Below are positions 50,201-61,849 of a stretch of 64,000 nt of DNA, one piece after another (positions within the stretch are counted from its first letter, which is position 1; every line of letters starts with the position of its first letter). Source of the DNA: Saccostrea echinata (lineage: Eukaryota); assembly GCF_033153115.1 (NCBI RefSeq), contig NW_026889774.1, positions 8,122,001-8,186,000 on the forward strand. Reading direction: 5' to 3'. The notes beneath the pieces are model-generated. The model did not search any database. It had not been told where the DNA came from and saw only the letters and a program-made list of their open reading frames with translations. Made by a program: the position numbers and the translations under genes.

Positions 50201-53200
50201 AAAATTAAAGTACTGAAACCTTATTGTTTATCTACAGGACACCACCTAATCATATTACAAAATATGAATCAGTTACTGCTTTAAATAAAACAAGAGTCGC
50301 CCGCGTGGCGCAGTGATTAAAGCGTCTGCTCTAGAGTCGCGAAGTAAGGAGTTGATCCTTGCGTCGCGGGTTCGAATCCCACTGTAGGACGTGGAGACCG
50401 GTCCTTCGGATGAGACGGTATAAACCGAGGTCCCGTGTCGCAGTAGGTGCTGGCACGAAAAAGACCCCTCACTGCTCAATGGCCGTAAGTGCCGAGTATA
50501 GGACAAAATTTGCAGCTCTCCACCGGCAAGTGGTGGCGTCTCCATATGAGTGAAAAATTCTCGAGAGGGACGTTAAACAACAAACAAACAAACAAAAAAT
50601 AAAACAAGAGGACCAATGGCCTAAAGGGTCACCTGAGTATAATACAACACTGTAAAGGAACCATAGATTGCAGTATAAAACAAAACAAATAAAATGATAG
50701 ATGAAGATAAATTGCCCGAGATCAAGAAAAATAAGATGTTCAGGGGTCAATAAAATAGTTAATCTAGTACTCGGTAGCAAATCAAAAAGGAGATCTATTT
50801 ACGTGCCTGTACTTGTCAGTGATAACACACTTCCGTTTGTCACTATCACTATGTAGACTACTAAACAAAACAAAAGTGCTTGAGCTCCTAAACTTATCTC
50901 AAACCCTCTCAGATTGGCCTCTCTTGGTCTTTAAAGAACATTTAATGTACAAAGGTATTTTTATCTCATTTTTTATCTATCTATTAAATAAAGGGGACGT
51001 ATTTTCAATTAGCAATGGTTATTTCCATGTCGATTCGATATATCCCGGTGAGCTTGAAATAAAAGATACCACAGAGTCTGACACATCTGTTTCATATTTT
51101 GATATTTTACTAGAAAAAGACGTTAATGGTAATCTAACAACCAAGCTTTATGATAAACGTAATGACTTTAACTTTTCAATCGTCAACTTCCCTTACTTAT
51201 GCAGCAATATACCTTCATTACCTGCGTACGGGGTTTATATCTCTCAGTTGATTCGATACGCAAGAGCATTCTCTACGAATGAGCAATTTCTAAAACGAGG
51301 TAAGTTATTGACAAACAAGTTGATGAAACAAGAATATCAGCAGTCTTGTTTAAAGTCGTCATTTCGCAAGTTCCATGGTCGATACAATGACCTTGTCAGC
51401 AAATACAATTTATCATTAAGTCAAATGCTGACTCACGTTTTTCATACTAATTTTTAGGCCATTATATACACACTAAATTGTCGACAGATTTTTCCTCCAT
51501 TTCCCGATCATGACAAGGAGCACACGGCGGGTGTGACCAGTCGGCAGGGGATGTTCACTCCTCCATGGCACCTGATCCCACATCTGATGTTTTAGAGGTC
51601 CATGTTTGCTCTCCTCCAAAATTTGTATTGTTTAAGGGACTTTTGAGTTTGAATACTGTTCGTTATCTCCATACATTTCATTTAAAGGTATTGTTTGACA
51701 AATGCCATGTCCTACAGTGTCTAAGTGGAGTTTTGATTCTCCATGTTTACGAGCCTATTATTCTGTCCATAATGGGAATTTTTAAGCATGGATAAAACAC
51801 ACGTAAGTGGACATGTATCTTTTAAAATATTTTGGAATATGAATAGGGGATAACATATCAAAAAGCAAGTTTCTATTATCACACTGCATTTTGATAGGGA
51901 AAATTGCGTACTATTTAAAGAATCTAAACTACAAATAAATTAATTTGAAAAAAAAATCTATCAAAAGGTGAAGCTTACCTCAATATTACACGGGACATCG
52001 TTAAACAAGACATAAGCATGATAAAAATGTGTCATGTTTACATTTCTCGAGTGCGGGAAAACTATGACGTCACACGTAAGCTAAATAAACAAATTAAGAT
52101 ATACTTACCTAAGATTTCTGTCATTAACCATGCAAAAATAGATTTTGTCTTCCTGTTTCATAAAACACCTCACCATGTGCTGATTATTAAGCGTTCTACA
52201 TAATAATACTGCCCGTGTACTCATCGAGTATGATCTTGTACTTCCAAACGTATGACGTCACCGACTTATTGGGTGTAGGGAAACAGAGGAGTGGACTAAT
52301 CTATTTCATAATTTGTTAATGTTTACAAGAATGTTTAAACAAGATCAATAGAGCCCTGCCAAGCAACAGAACACTTGACCTACTGATCCAGAATTTCACA
52401 AATCTAGTAAAATTACCCTTGCTCATTACAATTTTGTACTCTGTTTGCCTCCCAGATTTCAAAGAATTAATGCAATTTCACTAAAAAAATTAATAGACTC
52501 TCACCCTAACACCAGAACCCCTGACCAAGGGCCATGGATATCACAGACTGGAAGAGACACCCTTGCTCATCATAACCACACACTTAGTTTATCTGCTAAA
52601 TACCCACGAGGAATGAACATTTTTCACAGAACTGATCCATTTTCAGTATTCAATCAATAGAGCCCCACCATTATACTTGAGATGCTTACCCAGAGGACAT
52701 GAAATTCACAATTTTGGAAAATTTCCAATAAAATATCCATCATAACAATGCACTTGATATGTCTGTCAAATACACAGTAGCAAAGAAGATTTTCAAAGAA
52801 TTTTTCACTATATAATCAATAGAGACCCGCCCTTACACCAGAACTCCTGACCAAGGAGCCATGAATTTCATAATTTTGGAAGAGGTACCCTTGCTTATCA
52901 TATCCAAGCACTAAGTATTTAGTATATATATGTTTGCCAAATACTAAGGGACAGAAGATTTTCAAATAAATAATGAATTTTCACTATTTAATCGATAGAG
53001 CTTCACCCTTACATTAGAACCTCTGACTCAGAGGCCATGAACTTCATACTTTTAGAAGAGGCACCCTTGCTCATCATTATCCTTTTAGTTTGTCTGCCAA
53101 ATATCCAGGGGCATAGAGAAGAAGAAGATTTTCAAAGAAATTAATGCATTTTCACTCTATAGTCAATAGAGCCCCCCCCCCCCCCAGCACCAGAACCCCT

Positions 53201-55134
53201 GACCCAGGGGCCATGAATTTCACAGTTTTGGAAGAGACACTCTTGCTCATCATAACCATGTGCTTAGCATGTTTGCCAAATACTCAGAGGGAAAGAGGAA
53301 GATTTTCAAAGTAATAATGCATTTTCACTATATAATCAATAGAAAGAACCCCTGATCCAGGGGTCATGATAATCACATTTTGGAAGAGGCACCATCATAA
53401 CCATGTACTTTGTTTACGTTTAATATACAGGGGGAGAGAAGCATTTTAAAGAATTTCTGCAATTTCACTATGTGATCGATAGAGCCCCAATCTAACTCCA
53501 GAATCCCTTACCCTGGGGCCACAAATTTCACAATTTAGGTAAAGGATTCACTGTATGTTATAATCATGCCAACAGTTTTTAATTAGTGTTTGATATCCAG
53601 GAGTAGAGAAGAAGATTTTTGAAAATTGCATTAATTTTTATGATTTTGGTCACAACCCTATGGCCCGAGGAGAGGAGGGTAGGAACCATGGAAATCACAT
53701 TTTTGCCCCCTTTTTCCATGGATACTCTATACAAAAATTTGTTGAAATTGGTTCAGCTGTTGATGAGAAGAATCTGAAAATGTTCAAAAGTTTACGAACG
53801 ACGGACGTCGCACGACGACGGACGAAAATGATTTGCAATAAGTCACATGAGTGACCTAAATAGGAGTTTGAGGAAGACGAAAGTGTGATAGACGGACGGA
53901 CAACGAACGGACGAATATAGAATAACAACAATATACCCAAACTTTCTTTAGAATGTGCAGATATAATTATAATCTCATGAAAACTTGAACTTACATCTGC
54001 AAGTCTTTTCAACACAACAACGCCACATCCTTCTCCACGGGCATATCCATCTGCTTTGCTCGAGAAGGTATGACATTTTCCTGTTGGCGACGCCATTCGT
54101 GCGCAAGATAGGTTGATGAAAGTATCTGGATCTAGGATGACATTGACTCCACCGCAGATAGCAGTTGATATTTTACCTGTTTGATGTTGTAGAATGAAAT
54201 CATGTTTTGTTTTTTAAATTAACTAAATTGAATGTTTCTGATTGTTTGGGTTAATTTTATTTCTGGAAGTTTTCAATTAATAAACTGGGCAGATTTTCTG
54301 TTGATGTTTATTTATTTATCTCTCAAAGCCTCTTTTATTCCATCCATATCAAAATCATTTATAATTTTATTCTTTAAAAGCCGAGGTACATGTAAAGTTT
54401 GCGTACATATATATTAACAATTTTCGAAAATCCCAAACTCTTTTCGATATGTTTTTATATGAAACACTGCATTCCGTCAGACTTCCAATTCAGCTGTAAA
54501 GAATGATTCGTGGAACATTTTCATAGCATTAAATTTGAAATCATGTGAAAAGTTTTTTTTTCCCCTGTACTCCTGAGTTATTTAAAATTTTAGCTGCAAC
54601 CTAATCTGAGGGTCCATATTATTTTTCTTAAAAGGGGTTCCTACCACTTATGAATGTTTGCATATTAATATGATTTAGTATACGAACCTTCTACTCTTGA
54701 AAAGAATTGTTTTTATATATTCCATTGTAAAACGTCACAGTCCCACCCTACCCCAGGGACTATATGACATAATCTAACTTGAATCTACACCACATTGGGA
54801 TTCTTGCACATTATTATGACTAATTAGGGTCTTGCTTTTCTTGGAGAAAAAAGATGTTTTCCTATATATTCCCATATAAACTGTGATCCCCTATAGAAGC
54901 CCTCTCCTACCCCCGGGGCCATGACGGATAAATTGAATCTATACTACCTGAGGATGTTTGCATAAAAAATATAATCATCATGCCCTTACCGTTCTTGAGA
55001 TTTTTTTTTTTTTTTTAAAAGATTTTCTACTAGAGTAAATATCCAATATTGTATTTCGTTTCTCTATATTGAGGCCCCACCCTAACTCCGGGGGCCATGG
55101 TTTGAACAAACTTTTATTTATGCAACTTTCTGAT

Positions 55135-55166
<32 letters not shown>

Positions 55167-55987
55167 GATTAATATGATGAATCCTGGCCTTGTTCTTGAA
55201 ATAAAGATGTCGAAACATTTTTCCCCGATATATTTTCATGTAAAACTGATCCCTCGTTGTGGCCCCACCATATCCCCTGAGGTCAGGATTGAACCAATTA
55301 AATCTTAAAGATGTTTTCATATAAATACCGCAAACGTCAAAGGATAGAAAAAGTTATTTAGGCTCAAGCAACTAAAGTCAGCAAACCTTCAAATCAGTAC
55401 CCGTCAATCTTCGAAATGACGTGCATTGTTTAGTATTTCAGAAGCCAGAATTGTTGTAATGTTGTTGAATGAGGGAATAAAATACACCCTTAGGATTAAG
55501 AGAGTAAAAAAAAATAGCATCATGAAGAGAATGTCCTCTGTAGCAGAAGAGACCAGGGGCAAGGGATCGATTATCGGATTCTAATCAGGTAATGTGCAAA
55601 TTAGTACATAATTCAATTTTTTAAACATGCAATCATTTATATGCATAAAAAAAAGATTTTTTTCTATTAGAATGTAAACCATGAGGTTAAATCAAATGTT
55701 TCATGAAAAAAAAATTATATTCAAACCCTAATTTGTAGCCTTAACTTTATTTAAATAGGTATTATTATCATAACTGAACTCACCATTTTTCAATGCCTGC
55801 GATGCTGTATCAATGGCAACCATTGACGAAGAACATGCTGTGTTTATCGTCATGGCAGGTCCTAAAAGGTTGTAGAAGTAAGCAACTCTTGCAGATAGAA
55901 TACTGTTGTCAACACTTGTAACTGTGGTATTCCTGCTCCTTTCATGCGATATCCGTAATAAACTGCCCCAATCACGATTTAGAGCTC
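34823..55987 (-). CDS. Type I polyketide synthase (KS-AT-DH-degenerate ER-KR-ACP-condensation-like-PH-like), 5'-incomplete; exons 55987-55784, 54176-53995, 45045-44871, 41875-35405, 35253-35104, 34953-34823
   Basis: All junctions are GT-AG with matching phases, and the 7313 nt splice into one open frame (~2436 aa visible). KS triad TACSSS / EAHGTGT / KTNIGHLE; AT GQSVG, AYHS; DH HTLDGNIVVP, DSMFQ; KR GGLTGLG, YAAAN; ACP GLDS. Confidence 0.93.
35405..41875 (-). CDS. PKS giant exon (6471 nt): KS C-terminus, AT, DH, degenerate ER, KR, ACP, condensation-like domain
   Basis: Uninterrupted ORF; acceptor ttcAG before GGACAGGG (HG|TGT) and donor AAAG|GTCAGT. Confidence 0.93.
42394..44205 (+). mobile_element. 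HINE/pearl-like element carrying ~166-bp satellite units, in a PKS intron
   Basis: 5' AACAAGAGGCCATGGGCCATATCGCTCA, repeated gggtcatgatttgaacaaacttgaatctacactacctgaggat units, and a 3' acag/acgg microsatellite. Confidence 0.8.
44871..45045 (-). CDS. PKS KS exon (AIHDKNKIWG...NQDG...YIEAHG)
   Basis: KS motifs NQDG, ITSPS and EAHG; AG/GT boundaries. Confidence 0.9.
46726..46870 (+). repeat. ~145-bp hairpin with apex CCTGAGGCGAAGCCGAGG
   Basis: Arm ACAGTTAAAGTATATCTTTGAGGGAGTTAGCAAGATTCCAGTTCCCC and its mirror image. Confidence 0.85.
46980..48049. mobile_element. Non-autonomous DNA transposon with CA termini and a 5-bp TSD, hosting an AcademH-like insertion
   Basis: CATGGCCGTAGGA / TCCTACGGGCCTG; TATCA on both flanks. 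Confidence 0.6.
47179..47978. mobile_element. 800-bp non-autonomous DNA transposon with TAG termini and a 9-bp TSD (AcademH-like)
   Basis: TIRs TAGCTGCAATAATGTAGCCCTCTCCGATTTTTTT / AAAAAAATCGGAGAGGGCTACATTACTGCAGCTA; GTAGTGCCC duplicated at 47170-78 and 47979-87. A lone end of the same family is at ~10523. Confidence 0.75.
48677..48916 (+). mobile_element. Truncated copy of the tRNA-derived SINE
   Basis: Similarity to 25803-26100. Confidence 0.8.
50296..50595 (+). mobile_element. tRNA-derived SINE, full-length copy
   Basis: Boxes A/B, the same core and an (AAAC)n tail. Confidence 0.85.
50870..51680 (+). mobile_element. 3' fragment of a Penelope-like retroelement (RT C-terminus/thumb plus 3' UTR)
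   Basis: IYPGELEIKDTTES, SYFDILL, TKLYDKRNDFNFSIVNFP, SNIP..PAYGVYISQLIRYARA. The ORF ends without a downstream GIY-YIG domain, as in the permuted Naiad/Chlamys-type PLEs. Confidence 0.75.
52330..53860 (+). mobile_element. HINE-like element with a ~160-bp tandem array (same family as 1748-4090, opposite orientation)
   Basis: Units cagaacccctgacccaggggccatgaatttcacaattttggaagag; 3' acg/acgg microsatellite and the end sequence gtcacatgagtgacctaa. Confidence 0.75.
53995..54176 (-). CDS. PKS KS exon (AICGGVN...ADGYARGEGCGVVVLKRLAD)
   Basis: KS motifs; AG/GT boundaries. Confidence 0.92.
55784..55987 (-). CDS. PKS KS exon with the catalytic Cys (GPAMTINTACSSS)
   Basis: KS active-site motif; AG/GT boundaries. 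Confidence 0.92.
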
Positions 55988-57764
55988 CTGCAATGTTTAT
56001 CAAACATTCCACGACTTTAAAAAAATGTCAATTTCAGATAGATTCAAGGTCACAAAATGAATTATTTAAAGCACTAAAAATGTTTTTTTCCACACTATTA
56101 CGAGAAGCCTATTGACCACATCGCTCAGCTGTGTAACACCAGCCCAATACTCTTCTTCATAAGAAGATTTTTAAGATTTTTACACTGAATTTCCATTCCC
56201 CTATTGTGGATCCAACCAAGCCCTATGATATGGAGGGTAATCGTGTTCAAAAATCCAGACGTGTACATTCACAATTGCAATTTGTAAGCTTGAAAATCGC
56301 ATATCTGATTAATTTCTAATTTGTTGATCTCAGACTCTCATCTCGAACACTGCACCGTGTAATAATTGACGTTACTTATTTATACTTTACAGCTGAAACT
56401 TGAAACTACCATATTTTGAGTAAGTTATTGTAAAAATTCAAACATTAATGAATCCGTATTTGATATGTTCCCGTACCTGAGTCTGAATTTTACACATCTA
56501 TGCTGATGTTAATATATACGCGGATCTAGAATTCCCCCTGGAATTTGCAGAGTTATTAAATGTATATACTAAACGAACTAAAAGTGACCTTGGACCCCCC
56601 CCCCCCCCTTTCGAAAACGCGGATCTGTGTAAAATTGGTTCGAAAAGTCATAGGTATGTAGCTTTAGAATTCAACGACTACCTAACCCCCCCCCCCCCCC
56701 CCCGAAATAGTTTTTTTCACGTTTGGGAAAGGAGTTAACTTTTTTTGGCTTGTCAAGAATTTTTCTAGGTTTGATTTATTTAGAGAGGAAATGTAATGAA
56801 TTGTCCCCTTAAAGCCGTTTTAACAATAGCAATCCTGAAAATATCAGCAAGAATCAACATGAGATCGATTCGTATCAAATTAGTGCTGCAACATACATCT
56901 GATAAATGACCACCGATATTTTGAAATTAATTATCAAATTATTTTCACGCCATTTAAGACACAACTGAATGCTATACTGATCTTGAAAACAATTACAGAA
57001 TACAATGAGCTTACTGTTTGTACATGCATCACGAACGTAAATATATATGGGTCAGACTAATCTCAGTAAACGGACAAAAAATGTCATCCAATCATTTTTT
57101 TTTAATTTCTATTTAACATAGGTAAGAAAAATATATTTGTCATTTGTTTTATTTAATCTTATTAATCATAAATATTTAAGAAAACAATTATATTTTTACA
57201 AAAATAAGTCTGCCAAACTTTTTTTTTTTGGTAATAAATCTAAAGAATGTTGAATCATATCGTTTGCTGCATACTGATTTTCTTTAGATAGATTTGAAAA
57301 AGAATTTAATTACGAATTCATATTGACTAATAATTTTTTTAATGTTTTAAAATAGAAGGGAAGTAAAAGTTGTTAATCATAGGTGTATCAAGCATCCCTT
57401 AATTTTTAAAAAACCTAGATTTATTTCTTGTTCATTATGTTCAATAGATATTAAATATCCATTTCCTACCCAACACATTTTAAGACTTTACAAGGGATAC
57501 ACTAACTTCCGGTTAGGCTTATAGTGTATGATAAAACCAGAGACTTTCGAGTAAAAGTTCTCAGGCTGTCTTCAACCTCGCGGCCTTAGGCTTGGCATGA
57601 GGTCCGACAAAACGCATGTTGCACTCGAACCCATAAATGTACATGAATAATTATTATTACTGTGCTTCATATTTATTTGGGGGAGGGGGATTCAAAAGTA
57701 TCTGAACGATAGATTTAAAAAATATACTTTAACTATTATAATAATGAAAAACTTAATATGTATA

Positions 57765-58305
57765 TAATATACAATTATGGACTCTTTCGGTGGTGAATAT
57801 GGTTTGTTATTCACCAGAAAAATATCAATATTGACCGAGGCGAAGCAGAGGTCAATATTGATATTTTTCTGGTGAATAACAAACCATATTCACCACCGAA
57901 AGAGTCGATAATTGTTTTATTATATAGTCCGGATTTGAATAAATAAGACATTGAAGGATGCATGATGATACCACTTCCATTTTTGAACTTCTGTCGTAGA
58001 AATTTTTTTAAAAAATGTCCAGATTACAAATTATAACTTCCGTGTTTTCCTTTTGCTATTTGTAAGACATCGTAATGTTTAGAAAATAACCCTGCGATAG
58101 GCTTGACTAATGTTTTTCCTACTCATAAACACAGCTGGCTCCGGCGTTGCAACCATTGTTTACAACGTTGTTTGAGGTGTTGATTGTGACGTCACAATGC
58201 CGCTGCACGCGCACCGACCCTCCGGTGAATACGGCTTCAAAACCAGTGAATATGTAGTGTTATGAACTGTTTGCGTTTGTATAGATTATATAGGGACTAT
58301 AAATA
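57765..58305 (+). mobile_element. Non-autonomous element with a near-perfect ~145-bp terminal hairpin (apex CCGAGGCGAAGCAGAGG)
   Basis: Arms within 57771-57915; short IR TATATAGTCC / GGACTATAAA; palindrome ATTGTGACGTCACAAT at 58183-58198. Confidence 0.65.
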
Positions 58306-60821
58306 GACTATGCAATTAATATCGTTTCTGGTACACTTAAAGATTTTAGTATACAATATACAACTTCAAACCCCCCCCCCCCCACCCACCCACAAAAGCC
58401 ACCTAATAATACAGTCTAATCAAAGCCCCAAAACGGAGTATACCCTCCAACGAAGGTTTTTACGTCCCATCATGCAATGCGCAAGAAGACTCTTGTCGTA
58501 TCCAATATAAACAAATGCCCATATCATCTATCTCGGAAAAATAAAACGATAATGTTGTTATTTCTGCTATGAACTTGATAAAATGTCAACAGAAAAATAA
58601 ACAGGTTAAGTTATCCATAATTTGAATTTATACTGTAGGAATAACGAAATATTTTCCGTCATTTCATCATATACATGTAATTTATTAATTATGCGTGTCT
58701 TTTCAACTTAGATATTTTTAAATTATGGAATTCAAAACACAAGGGAAAATATTCTAAGAATGAGGAAAATGTTTATTTAAAATCTAGATTTAAATAAAGT
58801 AAAATAAAATATACATGTAATCGTGTTTTTCACCAAACAACCGTTTTTATTAAAAACAAAAAACAAATTGCCATACATTTTATTTATTTCTTATAAGATA
58901 TAAAAGACAATAAATACGATAAATTGCATTTGAATTTTATTTTTAACTGTATTCTTGTTATACTTCCTTAGCATGATTATCGATATAAAAGACCGCCGAT
59001 TGCTAGTCAGAGGAAACGTGGACTGAAACCCACGATTATGAATAAATTGATATAAACACTTGTAACATTTTCGTGCATTTTATTATGAAAATAAAAGATA
59101 CAAAGTAGAATATTATATTTCTTTTATAATTTCAATTTAATATTAGTTGTTTTTGTCTGTTTATCAAATATTTTATCGTAAATACCTGAATATCAAGGAG
59201 CAAAAGATCGCCAACTTTCAGTGAAATAAATCCCGAATTGTACTATAAAGTTATATTTTTGTAAAATACAAACTCATTTAATCTATTATCTCCGAGTGGT
59301 TTTACATTTGCAAAATGATCCGTGCACCGGCATTTTTTGTAAACCTCCACTTTTTGCGTGATATACGCACATTTTAAGTATCTGTGCATGCTCGTATCCC
59401 CTTTTGGGGGTAGCGTTTTCCTATTTCCATTTACTCCGTTTTGAGGAATAGTTATTGTTTTGTTTTTCTATTTGGACAATTAATTCACATTTTGTTAACC
59501 TATGCGTGCACGGGTTTATGTCTAGTTGGTATAAGTGGTATAAACACAAGGGCCATTAACATACTCTGCTGGATTTTACATGATCACTATATATACAACA
59601 AGGAAAAGGGAACTGGCGTAGGTCTGGAATCAACTTAAAAACACTCCGTATTTTCAATAAAATACCTTGCAGCCAATGACAAAACGACTGTAATCGTTCA
59701 GCAATAATAAATATGTAATATAAATGTTATCAGGATCACTCACGAAGCATTTAAGCCGTGTTTCACAAACCCGATATCCTGTCATACAAGTTGATGTAGT
59801 TTAAGTCGTTTAAGATCGCTCAATACTGCATCCGAGATTTAACGCGGGACGTGATTGGTCAACAATGTTTATCTAGAACATTTTTGACCAATCACTTTAC
59901 GCCTTCCAGCTTGCATGGGGTTTCCCAAAATGTTGTCCGTTCTCAGCTTGGGTCTTACTGTATACGAAAAAAGCCATCTGATTCTTTAAATCTGAGGTAC
60001 GATGTTTTGACGCAGATAATATGTTTTACAGTGTGACCTTTGGGGTGTGCGCAGTCAAAAACCTTTTACACAGCTTACACTTGTAACTTTAATCCGCCTC
60101 TTTAAACATCAAATACATGTAGTGATCATGTACATCAACTCACATGACTGGATATCGACTTAGTATAATCCAAATTAAACGCTATTTTATAAATGAATGA
60201 AGTTACATTTTTATTACAGAATAATTATTGAAGTATTTTTGATGAAGAATTTTAAAATCATAGACAGTTCAAGGTCATTTTCTGATAGTGATACCCCCAA
60301 CACCAATGATAGTCTACAACGTCATCCCAGTGGACGCAAATGAGTGTATTAAAAACTGTATAGGAATGCCTTTCCACTGTAAATGTAGAGCTTGGGTAAG
60401 CTGTTGCAGATTTTGGGGATGCGGTTGTCTTTGGCTGCTATGCCTATCCATTTTTTCAATGGATACTCAATGGGGTTTAAATCTGGCGATTTACAGGGCA
60501 AGGCAGAACAGGATGCTGTGACTTTGCAAGAATGTGCTTGTCAAACGAGCCGTATGTGGCTCTTCATTGCCAAATTGAAATACGGCTCCAGGATGCTGCA
60601 TAATTGGAAAGAATTGTGCAGGTAGGACATTGTCAGAGTACCTTTGTGATGTAAAAGTGCTTTGAATATGAACCAAATCAGTCCTCTTTGTGTACAATAC
60701 CGTTGTCCACATCATTACACAACCACCACCAAATCTACATGTACAAACCTCCCGAAAGCAGTTTTCTGCAAAACTTTCGTCACGAAGCGTATGCACTCTT
60801 GACTTTTCCATCAGGCTTTGC

Positions 60822-61598
60822 AACAAAAGGCCCATGGGCCATATCGCTCACCTGAGCACAATGGCTAGGAACAAGAGGCCCAAGGGCCACATCGCTCACC
60901 TAGGCACTGTGGCTAGGAAAAATCAGTTTAGTATTGAAAAGCTTAAATGCATAAGTGGTCTCAACCTATTCCTAAAAAGGGAGGGGGGGGGGGGTCATGA
61001 TTTGAACAAACTTGAATCTACACTATCTGAGGATGCTTCCACATAAATATGAAAAACCGTGGCTTTGCTGTTCTTGAGATTTTTAAAGATTTTTCCTATA
61101 TATTCCTATGTAAAACTTTGACCGTCCAATGTGGCCCCACCCTACCCCCGGGGGTCATGATTTGTACAAACTTGAATCTACACCACCTGAGGATGCTTCC
61201 AAATAAATATGACCAATCATAGCTTTGCTGTTCTTGAGAAGAAGATTTTTGAAGATTTTTCCTATATATTCCTATGTAAAACTTTGATCGTCCAATGTGG
61301 CCCCACCCTACCCCCGGGGGTCATGATTTGTACAAACTTGAATCTACACCACCTGAGGATGCTTCCAAATAAATATGACCAATCATAGCTTTGCTGTTCT
61401 TGAGAAGAAGATTTTTGAAGATTTTTCCTATATATTCCTATGTAAAACTTTGATCGTCCATTGTGGCCCCACCCTATCCCCGGGGGTCATGATTTGAACA
61501 AACTTGAATCTACACTACCTGACAATAGTTCCACATGAGTTTCATCTTTCCTGGCCCACTGGTTCTTGAGAAGAAGATTTTTCAATAATGCCATTAAT

Positions 61599-61630
<32 letters not shown>

Positions 61631-61717
61631 GGAGGGCGTGGCCCTTCATTTGAACAAACTCGAAACCCCTTTACCCAAGGATACTTTGTGCCAAGTTTGA
61701 TTGAAATTGGCCCAGTA

Positions 61718-61765
<48 letters not shown>

Positions 61766-61787
61766 GCTGACGACGCCGACGACGACA

Positions 61788-61849
<62 letters not shown>

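Noticed and set aside
53695-53994. C-terminal part of the 133-aa ORF
   Set aside because: It lies past the GAT|GTAAGT donor and runs into HINE repeat sequence.
60990-61520. CRISPR-like array
   Set aside because: These are whole-unit 166-bp tandem repeats without unique spacers, in eukaryotic DNA with no cas genes.
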